This document shows, piece after piece, positions 1 to 9,659 of a DNA stretch of 64,000 nucleotides (position 1 is the first letter of the stretch; every line of letters starts with the position of its first letter). The notes under the pieces are model-generated. The model did no database searches. It saw only the letters and a program-made list of their open reading frames with translations, and was not told the origin of the DNA. The DNA is from Barthelona sp. PCE (taxonomy: Eukaryota), in NCBI GenBank assembly GCA_040285745.1, contig JAUFOR010000008.1:62001-126000 (forward strand), written 5' to 3'. The translations under genes and the position numbers were made by a program.

Positions 1-50
1 TTCAATTAGTTGAGAAGAAATTCTTTTCTGAAGAATGTCAAATTTCATTT

Positions 51-812
51 TTACAGGGTTGGAATGTATGTATAACCATCTAACTTACTAACTTGATGTG
101 GTTCATCCCATGTATTTGTAGCTGAAGGTTCCAAGTCCACCTTCACAACAGCAGTTTGTTGATTCAGTTGAGCTTGTAGTTCTAAAATTTGTGCTTGCAA
201 TGTTTTCTCACTTTCATTTATGTACACTTCATCTTCTGTTGTATCCGGCTCATAATCAGAAGGTGGGTTGAATCTGTATGTTTTCTCCATCGAAACAATA
301 TATTCTGAAGAAGAAGAATTAAGCAGTGTATAGTACCATGAGTGATACGGCGAAAAGAGGATAAAAAAGTAGTAAAATATGGGGTTGAACCATAAAATCA
401 TTTTGTCAGTGAAGATAACTGCAGTATCACTTAGATTAGGATCTTTAATTCGCTGGCTTACTGTAAAAATGGAAGCATCTTGTAAGTTCTTTTCTAATTC
501 ATAAATATGCTCCCATGTATAATCATCAGCAGCCTCACATACAGATGATGGTTGAACAAGACAGATTGGAGCTGTTTTTGGCATGTCAAACTCTGTATCA
601 TCAAAAAATTCAGGTTTAATTGATTTAATAACATGAAAATAATAGCTATAGTCTTCATCTCGATAATCGTGCGTGAAAAAGGTAAAAAAACTGAACAAAG
701 AATTTGAACAAAACCATTCATAATTCAGCCCCCAGATATTGAAATACCCTGAAACACCCCTGAAAGCTGTTTGAAAGGTGGAGTGAAATTTAATCTTGTT
801 CCAATATTTCAA
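51..812 (-). CDS. Hypothetical protein (no ATG at ORF start; 5' end uncertain or degraded)
   Basis: 253-codon ORF starting at TTG and bounded upstream by an in-frame TGA; no recognisable motif. Confidence 0.35.
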   Translation of the reverse strand: MKYWNKIKFHSTFQTAFRGVSGYFNIWGLNYEWFCSNSLFSFFTFFTHDYRDEDYSYYFHVIKSIKPEFFDDTEFDMPKTAPICLVQPSSVCEAADDYTWEHIYELEKNLQDASIFTVSQRIKDPNLSDTAVIFTDKMILWFNPIFYYFFILFSPYHSWYYTLLNSSSSEYIVSMEKTYRFNPPSDYEPDTTEDEVYINESEKTLQAQILELQAQLNQQTAVVKVDLEPSATNTWDEPHQVSKLDGYTYIPTL

Positions 813-1118
813 TACCTTATCCGTGGTTGTAGCCTCATTTCAAAATAGCACGAGTATTTAAAAGCAAAAAAAAGGCTTGCTAGCATTACACGCTTCAATA
901 ATGAAACAGTAGCTGTAGAAAACATTGTTCTTCATCGTAACTGTATAGAGGCACATTCTGGGTGTCAAGAAACGGTGGCATGGTGGCCACAGTGCATTAT
1001 GCTTGTATCAAAGTATCTTCAATCCGAGGAGAATAAATGATAAATTTTGAACCAATTGTGAATTTGGAGAATTTGTTTCAAATTTAATATCAAATGATCG
1101 TTTTACTACTAAACTGAA

Positions 1119-1713
1119 ATGTTTCAAAGGTAAGAAAATGTTTTTACATTCCTACATTGTTTTCAATTTTATAACTTCTTTCATGCTAATTAAAAGAAGA
1201 GCTTTTGAGCTGCTGCAAAAAGCAGCTGTTTGTGTTCAGTCAGTAGCTACTAAAGTTGGTCAAAGTGCAGCAGCAAAAACAGTTAGCGCAGCAACTACTG
1301 CTTCAAAGGCAGCCAAGGCAGCCAAGGCATCGAAAGCGGCTAGTCTTCTACAATCAACCACAGCTAAAGCAATGGGATACGTTCCTAAGGGAAGTCTTGC
1401 GGCAGTTGCTCAAAGTGCTGCAGCCACTGTTTCACAAACTGCAAGCGCTGTCAAGGCATCGAAAGCGGCTAGTCTTCTACAATCAGCAACAGCTAAAGCA
1501 ATAGGATACGTTCCTAAAGGAAGCGCTGCAGCACTCGCTCAAAGTGCTGCAGCAAAAGCTGCCAACGCCGCATCCAAGGTAACAAAAGTATCAAAGGCAG
1601 GGAGGATACTTGGCATTGGCGGTAAAGCTTTAGGGATTTGTGGTCATATTTCAACAGCAATTTTGGTTTATGATGGAATCAAATTGGTCTATAATGTCAC
1701 TTTAGCACAATAA
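1119..1713 (+). CDS. Ala/Lys/Ser-rich protein with duplicated ISG12 (IFI6/IFI27)-like motif; two exons, 1119-1129 and 1197-1713
   Basis: Spliced N-terminus MFQRRAFELLQK; two copies of SKAASLLQSxTAKAxGYVPKGSxAAxAQSAAA resembling the ISG12 motif (SxAAxxxSxxAxxxGGVxAGSxxAxLQSxGA); hydrophobic C-terminal segment. Confidence 0.55.
1130..1196 (+). other. Putative spliceosomal intron, 67 nt
   Basis: GTAAGA...GCTAAT-TAAAAG; removal joins ATG TTT CAA AG|A AGA GCT in frame. Confidence 0.65.
1323..1553 (+). repeat. Intragenic direct repeat, period 129 bp (1323-1424 / 1452-1553)
   Basis: caaggcatcgaaagcggctagtcttctacaatca...ggatacgttcctaa.ggaag...gctcaaagtgctgcagc present twice with few substitutions. 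Confidence 0.9.
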
Positions 1714-1754
1714 AAAAAGAAAATATTTTTTGAGGATAGTTTGAACATTCTAGA

Positions 1755-2720
1755 TTACTCCTTACAAATAGCTGTTAACATTCCACATTCAATATCCAAA
1801 TCTGGTTCGTATATTGTGTGCAAAAGTCGAATGCCTTTTGATGAAATGATATCCACAATGTCCATACAACTCACAGGTGTAAAAGAAACTGATTTGGCCT
1901 CTAAATTTATACCCTCAACAATATAGATAATGTCTTCCACGATGAGTAAACGGCAAGAACATAATATGAATGGGAAGAATTCAGGTTCTTCAGGTTCTTC
2001 AGATATCTTGATACCAGTTTCTATAATAATATATGTCATATCTCTCTGCATGATTAAGCACTTATACTCATCATTACCACTAAAGAAGAACACAAAACAA
2101 TTCAGTTCGAAGCTATAGAGTTCTTCAACAACTAAAGGCGTGTATTCAACCATGTCAATGTACACTTGATCACTGCTTTGAACATTGATGATGCACAATT
2201 GCTTGTGACCAAACACAAATAGCATGTCTTTCTCTGCATAAATATCTTGAATATCATCGTCAGACCTATAAATCATTTGTTGGTTTCTTCCTTGTAAGTC
2301 TGTAACCAAAACCTCACATGAATCATTGCTGTCAACCAAATGATAGATCAATCCATTGTCAACGGCAATACACTGTGATTGAAAACTGAGCTCAATGAAT
2401 TCCTGCTCTTGCATCCTGAATTCAGCATTTAGACTGATTTTGTAGAAACCTAAATCTTCAAAGACAAGTACAGTGTTTGAAGTGTTATCCTTATGAATAA
2501 AATACTCACAATTCTCTGGTAATGTCAGTCGATCGATTGTAGTTTCATCAGTGAAGCGATAAATAACAAGATCAGGCCCACTTACCTCATCCTCTTCAAT
2601 GAAAACAATGTGAAAATCACCTAAAAAAGATATTTGCTTGGCTTTTAGAATAAGAGTATGACTAAACGTGTATGTTTCCAATTGCCCCACATTAACATGC
2701 CCGCCAGTGATTTGTGACAT
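1755..2720 (-). CDS. Hypothetical acidic, beta-strand-rich protein (possibly beta-propeller)
   Basis: 321-aa ATG-initiated ORF with repeated short hydrophobic strands; no diagnostic motif. Confidence 0.55.
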   Translation of the reverse strand: MSQITGGHVNVGQLETYTFSHTLILKAKQISFLGDFHIVFIEEDEVSGPDLVIYRFTDETTIDRLTLPENCEYFIHKDNTSNTVLVFEDLGFYKISLNAEFRMQEQEFIELSFQSQCIAVDNGLIYHLVDSNDSCEVLVTDLQGRNQQMIYRSDDDIQDIYAEKDMLFVFGHKQLCIINVQSSDQVYIDMVEYTPLVVEELYSFELNCFVFFFSGNDEYKCLIMQRDMTYIIIETGIKISEEPEEPEFFPFILCSCRLLIVEDIIYIVEGINLEAKSVSFTPVSCMDIVDIISSKGIRLLHTIYEPDLDIECGMLTAICKE

Positions 2721-2789
2721 TCTTTGTAAAGGTGAAAAATGTTTTACTTTTCGTACCTTTGTCCTTTTTATTACAACGTTTCTTTTACT

Positions 2790-4415
2790 ATGTCGAGATC
2801 ATCTAAACTTGAAACACTGCTTCTTGCATGTGTTCTCGGACTTTTGTGCATTAATATGTGGGTTTTTGTCTCTCGTATTTCATTCAAAAAGGAAATGCCA
2901 CAAGATATTGATGCAAACATCCAACATCTGCTGAAACGCAAGTCTTTATTGCCAGAAACATGGAGATTACCTAAAGAATCTATTACACCTGTTAATGATC
3001 AGCATCGTCGTGGAACATGTTATGCTTTTGCAACCTTTGGAGCCCTTGAGAGCGCCTATGCTCTCAATGGTGTGAGAAAGGGATATTTGGAGGTTGGAGA
3101 GTCTGTTAAATTTTCAGAGCAGTCATACGGAATGAGTCTTGTGGAGATTGGTGAGAAAGACCCTGCCAAGTTTCCAATCACCAGACAACCTGAACGATTC
3201 ATTAGTGACGGTTATCTTGTTTGGTTATTTGCATTCGAGGCTGATCTGAAGAAGGCTATCCTCCCGACAAAGGTGTGTCCGTACTATTATTTTGAGGACA
3301 GTGACCCTGAATGGGGTACGGGAACCCTTAAATGTGAAGGTCGTGATGCTGCTCTAAGCACAAACCCTGTTGAGTACGATGTCAAAACTATCAAGAGCGT
3401 TTACACCAAGGACGAGCTCAAGGAAGTACTCATGCAGCGTGAATCAATTATTCCTTTTTCAACACCGCTTTTTGGTGCTGGTGATTACATTCGTTGTGAT
3501 GTCCCAGGTTGGGAAGAAATGTGTCTCATTCGTAATGTTAGTTGCCCTTACCAGTACGGCTTTGGTAAACGCTGCTATCACATGGCTGGTAAATCAGCTC
3601 AGAGCGATGGTGCTTTCTTCTATGAAGAGGATGATTCTGTTGCTGGCATTCACGTAATGGGTATTGCAGGATGGTCGGACGAGTTCGTTATAGACCCTTT
3701 CATGGGCGGTAGAATGCAGAAGGGCCATTTCATTCTCCGTAATAGTTGGAATGCTTCAAGCGGTCACTCCATTCAGTACCTCTCCGGCGAGATCAGTTTT
3801 TGGGATGAGCTCGAGCTCTGCCCTATGTGGTCTTCCCCTCGTAACTGGATCAAGTGTACTCGTGGTGCTGAGCATCATGAGGGCTTTGAGACTATTGCCG
3901 GTGCTTCATACCCCTGGTACTGGAACGCCACCGATATGCACCCCGCTATGCTCAAGGCTAAGTCGGTTGGTAACGTCACTGCTCTCGGCTTCAACCCCGA
4001 TATCAACTACTGTGTCGAGTCTGCTGAGAAGGACAGCCCCAAGCGTTTTGAGGTTTGTTTCGCTGAGACCGAGGATGGTTCCAAGAAAGAGGGCGGTGAG
4101 ACGTTATGTATTAGTTCTGTCAATGTGGATTACCTTACACGTTTAGTTGATCGAATTGATGAGTACCCCCTGAACGATCCCGACAACTGTGGTTACTGGA
4201 GCTACCCTTATGAGGTATTTGATGCTTCAGCCTCATCCGGTGCCGGTTTCTGGTTTGCTGACTTGGATATTGGATTCACAAAGTGCTCATATGCAAAGAA
4301 CGCCCATCTTTCAGAGTGTCACAAATTTGATTATACGCTTTTGAGACAGTCAACCCATAAAATGAAGTATGCTACGTTCGAGTCGCCCTTACCTTGGGAA
4401 CACTTCAATACGTAG
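2790..4415 (+). CDS. Papain-family (C1A) cysteine protease with N-terminal signal/anchor
   Basis: DQHRRGTCYAFA (Gln/Cys), GIHVMGIAGW (His), ILRNSW (Asn); hydrophobic N-terminus after ATG 2790. Confidence 0.85.
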   Translation: MSRSSKLETLLLACVLGLLCINMWVFVSRISFKKEMPQDIDANIQHLLKRKSLLPETWRLPKESITPVNDQHRRGTCYAFATFGALESAYALNGVRKGYLEVGESVKFSEQSYGMSLVEIGEKDPAKFPITRQPERFISDGYLVWLFAFEADLKKAILPTKVCPYYYFEDSDPEWGTGTLKCEGRDAALSTNPVEYDVKTIKSVYTKDELKEVLMQRESIIPFSTPLFGAGDYIRCDVPGWEEMCLIRNVSCPYQYGFGKRCYHMAGKSAQSDGAFFYEEDDSVAGIHVMGIAGWSDEFVIDPFMGGRMQKGHFILRNSWNASSGHSIQYLSGEISFWDELELCPMWSSPRNWIKCTRGAEHHEGFETIAGASYPWYWNATDMHPAMLKAKSVGNVTALGFNPDINYCVESAEKDSPKRFEVCFAETEDGSKKEGGETLCISSVNVDYLTRLVDRIDEYPLNDPDNCGYWSYPYEVFDASASSGAGFWFADLDIGFTKCSYAKNAHLSECHKFDYTLLRQSTHKMKYATFESPLPWEHFNT

Positions 4416-4445
4416 CTGTTTTTTATAGTCTGACTTCGTAAATTT

Positions 4446-6098
4446 TTAGTTTTTATTTGCTACGAACTTGTGTGAATGGATCTTCTGATCGTGGACACCT
4501 TGTGTTAGTTTCTTTGCCTTATAAAGTGCCTTGGCAACACGTTTGACTTTTTTGCTACCACATTTTGAGCATTCACCGTGTGATATAACGGTACTTTCAG
4601 GAAATGATATCTTTTTGATAACAAGACAGTCCTGGCATTCCCACCACGTCACTCGGAAAGTCATTTTTGATATTTTATGACCAGCTTCTCTACACTTTTT
4701 CAGCTCACGACCCTTTACGATACAATCGCACGACATACAGACAGTTTTTTGTGTCTCATCCACCATAATATCGCCCATTTGATCCATGACTCGATTGTAG
4801 TCCTCAGCATCTTTCCTGATGCCCGCTCTGACAGCAGCTTCGCGTTGCTGGTGTCCTTTTCCAATAAACTGCTGTATAAGATCACTGCTGAGATCAATAT
4901 TGGTCAGATCAAGTGACCTTGTTTTTTTCACGCTTGGCATTTTGTTCAACGTCTTTATGCTGTTAATTCGGTGTTTCTGGTCAAGAGAGTTGATCTTTCT
5001 ACTCTCAAGCGTTTTTTGCAACTTTGATTGCGGTAAATTTGCAATGAATGGTGATTTGCGTTTTCCCCGATCCATCTTTGTGTTTTGTTTAATAAATGTA
5101 CCCATAAGTGCATCTGCATGTTGCTGCTCAAATGTTTGCAGTTTCTTCACCTCTTCTTGTCCACGCTTAGATATCGGATTCAATCGTCCTTGGTTGTCGG
5201 GCGTGGTTGGCTGTTTTGTGTTGAGAAATATGTCAGGTCTGATAACCTTCGACTTCTTCGTCTCCCGGATGTCGCGGAGGCTCTTGCGCCTGAGCCGGGT
5301 CGACTGGAAATCTAATGGATCAACTGTTTGCTGCATAACAACAGTTCCTGCATTGTTACCACTCGCTTTTTTCTTCTTCTTTGCTGCATCGTAGTTACAG
5401 TGTGTATAGCAGAGCGCCCTACCCATTGCAGGCTTGCGTGCAGCATTCTTACACTGCCTCCCTGCCTGAGTCTTTGCACTGCACCTTGTCAATTCTTCGC
5501 TCTCACCCAGTATAATAGCTGTCTTTTTTGACAAAAGCAAGCCGATCTCCTGCGAATTTGAACGATTAAATATATTAGGATACACAATACACAGTACAAG
5601 CCCCATTTTTATCCTTAAATCTTCTGTAACAGCATAAATAGCATCTGTATTTAGTGTTCTATCACTTTGACACACATAATTTGATCGTTTTGGGTCCTGC
5701 ATCGCAGGCATGACCAAGTCTGTTATGCGTCCCAATCGCACTGCGTTAAAATTTGTTAAGAGAAAAGATATTTTGCTTCCATCTTGCCGGATCACCCGTG
5801 ACACTACACCAACCGAAAAATATGCATCAATAGGCTTCTTTCCCTTCTGATGGTGACACTGTAGGTGATGTAGTTTAATAAAATGATGTGTTTTGCCGAG
5901 TTGATTAAGACGAGCTGATTCGTGGCTGAGACGAAGAATTTTTAAGCCACTCCATCTCTCGCTAAATACGTGCCCCTCGCTCTTTTGTGGAGTATTTATC
6001 CGATTAGAGGTCATTTTACGATTATTAACAAGGGTTTCGGAAACTTCCTCCTCAATTTTTCCAAATTCAGCATCAATGTTTGCGAAAAGATCGTCCAT
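4446..6098 (-). CDS. MCM10: Mcm10-like DNA replication factor
   Basis: ERWSGLKI motif, OB-fold-like region, CCCH zinc finger (CSAKTQAGRQC...CYTH), C-terminal Cys clusters (CMSC...C...H, CQDC...CSKC); likely ATG at 6098. Confidence 0.72.
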   Translation of the reverse strand: MDDLFANIDAEFGKIEEEVSETLVNNRKMTSNRINTPQKSEGHVFSERWSGLKILRLSHESARLNQLGKTHHFIKLHHLQCHHQKGKKPIDAYFSVGVVSRVIRQDGSKISFLLTNFNAVRLGRITDLVMPAMQDPKRSNYVCQSDRTLNTDAIYAVTEDLRIKMGLVLCIVYPNIFNRSNSQEIGLLLSKKTAIILGESEELTRCSAKTQAGRQCKNAARKPAMGRALCYTHCNYDAAKKKKKASGNNAGTVVMQQTVDPLDFQSTRLRRKSLRDIRETKKSKVIRPDIFLNTKQPTTPDNQGRLNPISKRGQEEVKKLQTFEQQHADALMGTFIKQNTKMDRGKRKSPFIANLPQSKLQKTLESRKINSLDQKHRINSIKTLNKMPSVKKTRSLDLTNIDLSSDLIQQFIGKGHQQREAAVRAGIRKDAEDYNRVMDQMGDIMVDETQKTVCMSCDCIVKGRELKKCREAGHKISKMTFRVTWWECQDCLVIKKISFPESTVISHGECSKCGSKKVKRVAKALYKAKKLTQGVHDQKIHSHKFVANKN

Positions 6099-6564
6099 GT
6101 GGTGCCTATGGTCAAAAAAAAAGACCAATTGTTTGAAAAGGAGTTGAATAGAGAAATGAAACATAACTAATTCTTTACACATATTTACTGGTTACTGGTA
6201 AGCTCAGTTATTCGACGACTGTTCAATAATTTCGAAGGGGATTATCCATTGATGTTGAACCTTATAAAGAAAGAAATGAGCTGCAGGCACCTCTCTGTTT
6301 CATAACATGACAGTTTAGATATTGGAGAGGGGTTAATTAACCTCAGCTAGTGTGTTACATGTGAGAAAAACTTGGTGTAACAAGTCAAATTATTTCACGA
6401 ATTCGTTTTTGAAGGATATTAAAGTCAAAATTTGAGTGTAAAAATGCCTTGTACGTATTAATGAACCGGATTCGCAAACAGAACTTGCTTGATTCTTCAA
6501 ACGTATACATTTTCTCTTTTTACTCCTTTTTCTTTTTGCATTATCTTCTATAACTCATCATTAG

Positions 6565-7932
6565 ATGTTTAAGAGCGCATTAATTGTCTTTTTCTTGCTC
6601 AGCATGGCCTTAGGACACAACTATTTCGATATTATTCCAAAATATATGGGAACGGTCTTTGCTGGCAAAGAAATATCTTTCAAAGGCACTTGCTTCCGCA
6701 AGGTTAATGTTAGACTCTCCTCACACGGAGACGTGGTATTCACCTCACACAAGGCAAAAGATTTGGTTTGCAAAGAGGTCTATGTCGTATTGACACCCTT
6801 CGATTATCATTTGGCATGGACACAGTTCCACGGAAAGCACACGGTCGATATAGACTGGAAACCGAACGAATACGAGGCTGCAAAGCGTGAGGGCGTGAGA
6901 ATCTTCATGGTTCACGAAGGATTCATTGATACGGTCAAAGATGCCTTTCATTTATACAAATCACTGGCCAAGGCAGATCCCTCCGAGCTTAGAACGCTCC
7001 AACAGTCTAATCTAGGCTTCACATACAAGGTCCGTGACTCACCCATCACACCAATTCCAATTGACGAGATCCGCAGTGGTGATTCTGTTACTTTCCAGAA
7101 GAGCAACTTCGAGGAGACCATGATTGCAATCGGATGTCAGTCACGTGCAGGTCACAGTGGTATTGCCGTCTGGAACAAGGACAAGACAACTCTTTATATT
7201 CTTGAGTCCACACCTGAGCTTGGTTACCACAAGACTGAGTACAATGACTGGGTTAGGTTCCACACTAATGGTGAGCGCTGCCACTCATCATGGTGCATGG
7301 CATCCATCCTCCACCTGAAGGACGAGCTTGCTGATGTTATCGAGAGAAATATTGACACCGTTTGGGAGCACATCGACGCCCATATGGGAAGTGAATATAC
7401 TTACTTCACGAATTTCTTTTCTCTTCTCGATAGCTCAGTTAATGCACTTCCCGATCCATTCTACCCTGAGATGCTTTTGTTTGCATTCCACATGCTCAAC
7501 GAAAAGTCTCCTGAGGTCATGGAACAATATTTCTTACCTGGTTTCCGTCATCGTCTTGGTGATGAATCCCTTAAAACGTTCAACGACGTACTTCAGGTTG
7601 TTATTAACCGTGGTATGACTGTTGAGGAATTATGGGCTATCCCCGAACGCGATGAATGGCTGTATAATGGTAAGCATGCCACACACTGCACATCTCTTGT
7701 GTACAAGGTTTGGAAGGCTGGTGGTCTTTTCGACTATCTTGGCATTGATATTGAGACCAACGAGCAACATCCTCGTGATATGTATGAAATTGATATCTAT
7801 AAGAAGCATCAGCAGGTGTTTGGAGATTATTATCTTGTACTCCCTACATTCTCCTCTGTACCCCCTTATAGCCATATGAATGAGCAATGTCAGCTCATTA
7901 AGGGTAAAACACACTATCCTGCTATGTGTTAG
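6565..7932 (+). CDS. Secreted protein of permuted papain-like (NlpC/P60-type) family
   Basis: Signal peptide; GHSGIAVW (His) precedes THCTSLVYKVWKAGGLF (Cys); IPERDEWLY motif as in uncharacterised plant/protist homologues. Confidence 0.6.
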   Translation: MFKSALIVFFLLSMALGHNYFDIIPKYMGTVFAGKEISFKGTCFRKVNVRLSSHGDVVFTSHKAKDLVCKEVYVVLTPFDYHLAWTQFHGKHTVDIDWKPNEYEAAKREGVRIFMVHEGFIDTVKDAFHLYKSLAKADPSELRTLQQSNLGFTYKVRDSPITPIPIDEIRSGDSVTFQKSNFEETMIAIGCQSRAGHSGIAVWNKDKTTLYILESTPELGYHKTEYNDWVRFHTNGERCHSSWCMASILHLKDELADVIERNIDTVWEHIDAHMGSEYTYFTNFFSLLDSSVNALPDPFYPEMLLFAFHMLNEKSPEVMEQYFLPGFRHRLGDESLKTFNDVLQVVINRGMTVEELWAIPERDEWLYNGKHATHCTSLVYKVWKAGGLFDYLGIDIETNEQHPRDMYEIDIYKKHQQVFGDYYLVLPTFSSVPPYSHMNEQCQLIKGKTHYPAMC

Positions 7933-8168
7933 CTTCATTAATTGAATAATAAAAAGATATACGCTTGACATTTGTTCCGTGTGCAGCCCCACAAAGAACT
8001 TCACAATATTGATTATTTTGGCAAAAACTCGATTTCCAAAAAAATCCTTATTTAAAGATATTTTTCATATTTCAGAGATAATAACTACTTTAAAATTGAT
8101 TTTTTATCAAGTTGCAACACTAAAAATACTAGTAAACATTCATTCCGATTTTTTTACCCTAATCGAAC

Positions 8169-9506
8169 ATGTCAGACACACACGTTGAGCCTGTTGATGA
8201 AGTTTTAGACGACGTTATCGAGGAAACCACCTTCGAAGATTACGAGGCTGCTCCTATCGAGCAAGTTGAAGAAGAAGTTGAAGAAGAAGATTCTCGCTTT
8301 CCTTTGAAGAACACTCCTGATCTTGCAGTCATCAGCTCCTTCCAGGATGCTTTAATGAACGCTCCTAACTTGCTTAGAAATCTTTCTTCTGCTGGTTTTG
8401 AAGCTCCTTCTGAGATTCAATCCAAGGCACTGTGCCCCTCCATGTTCGGCGATGACCTCATTGGTCAAGCCAAGTCTGGTATGGGTAAGACGGCTGTCTT
8501 TGTTTTGGGTATTCTTTACTCATTAACCGTCAACACTGAGAAGTATGTTGATGCTGAGGATAAGATCAAGGCTGTTGTTATCGCTCCCACACGTGAGCTC
8601 GTCATCCAAATCGGTAAGGAGTTCGAACGTTTCGCTCCTGGCACCCGTGTCCGTACTACCTCTATTATTGGTGGTCGTGCTGAGCGTTTTGATCTTCGTG
8701 AACTCGAGTACGGTAAGCCCGACATCGTTGTATCAACTCCCGGTCGTATTCTTGGTTTCATTCGTGATAAGAAGATCGATCTTGGTCATGTTAGACATTT
8801 TGTCCTTGATGAGTTCGATAAGATGCTTATTGAGCCTTCCATGCGCCAGGACGTTCAGGATATCTTCATTAGCACTCCTCAGGAGAAGCAAACTATGATG
8901 TTCTCTGCTACACTTCCCGAAGAAATCGAGGAACTCGCTGTACAGTTCTTCCCTGCACTTCCCAGTGTTGTCAAGATCGAAGACTCCCGTCAGCTCACCC
9001 TTAACGAGTTGTCTCAGTACTCTATCACTGTCGCAAAGGAGCAGAAGGTCGATCGCCTTCTCGATCTGCTCGATGCCCTTGATTTCAACCAGGTTGTTAT
9101 CTTCGTAGGTGCTACTTCACAGTCGCACAAGCTGAAGCGCCTCTTGCGTGAGAAGAATATACCGGCAACCTGCGTCAATGGCTCGATGAGTCAAAAGGCC
9201 AGAGCTAGTATCTTTAAGAAGTTCAAGGCATTCGAGGAGCGTGTCCTTGTTTCAACTGACCTTTACTCTCGTGGTGTTGATATTGAGTACGTTACTCTTG
9301 TCATTAACTTTGATATGCCGAAGGATTGCGAGTGTTACATGCACCGTGTTGGTCGTGCTGGTCGTTTCGGAACCCGTGGTCTTGCTATCAGTTTTGTCGA
9401 ACCTGGAGAGCAAGAAGAGATGCTTCAAACCATCAGAACCACTTTTGGAATAGAAATTCCTGAGTTGGTTGATGAGATTGACTCTTCTATCTTCCTTAAG
9501 AAGTAA
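8169..9506 (+). CDS. SUB2: DEAD-box RNA helicase UAP56/Sub2 (DDX39)
   Basis: QAKSGMGKTAVFVL, PTREL, DEFD, MMFSATL, HRVGRAGRFGTRGLAISFV. Confidence 0.9.
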   Translation: MSDTHVEPVDEVLDDVIEETTFEDYEAAPIEQVEEEVEEEDSRFPLKNTPDLAVISSFQDALMNAPNLLRNLSSAGFEAPSEIQSKALCPSMFGDDLIGQAKSGMGKTAVFVLGILYSLTVNTEKYVDAEDKIKAVVIAPTRELVIQIGKEFERFAPGTRVRTTSIIGGRAERFDLRELEYGKPDIVVSTPGRILGFIRDKKIDLGHVRHFVLDEFDKMLIEPSMRQDVQDIFISTPQEKQTMMFSATLPEEIEELAVQFFPALPSVVKIEDSRQLTLNELSQYSITVAKEQKVDRLLDLLDALDFNQVVIFVGATSQSHKLKRLLREKNIPATCVNGSMSQKARASIFKKFKAFEERVLVSTDLYSRGVDIEYVTLVINFDMPKDCECYMHRVGRAGRFGTRGLAISFVEPGEQEEMLQTIRTTFGIEIPELVDEIDSSIFLKK

Positions 9507-9659
9507 ACATCTGTATTTTCATACGATATTCATTGGTTTCTTGCCAATTTGTACCTGTAAAAGTAAGCAAAATATTCTAGCGCAATCCAAAAATGCTGTT
9601 TTCGTTAATTTTCTCTCTTTCTAATCTTTTGTGTATAATTTTGTATAATTTCGTTATAA

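Noticed and set aside
813-1020. Possible upstream coding extension of ORF 51-812 through an A-homopolymer frameshift
   Set aside because: No single frame change produces a continuous ORF; no recognisable homology
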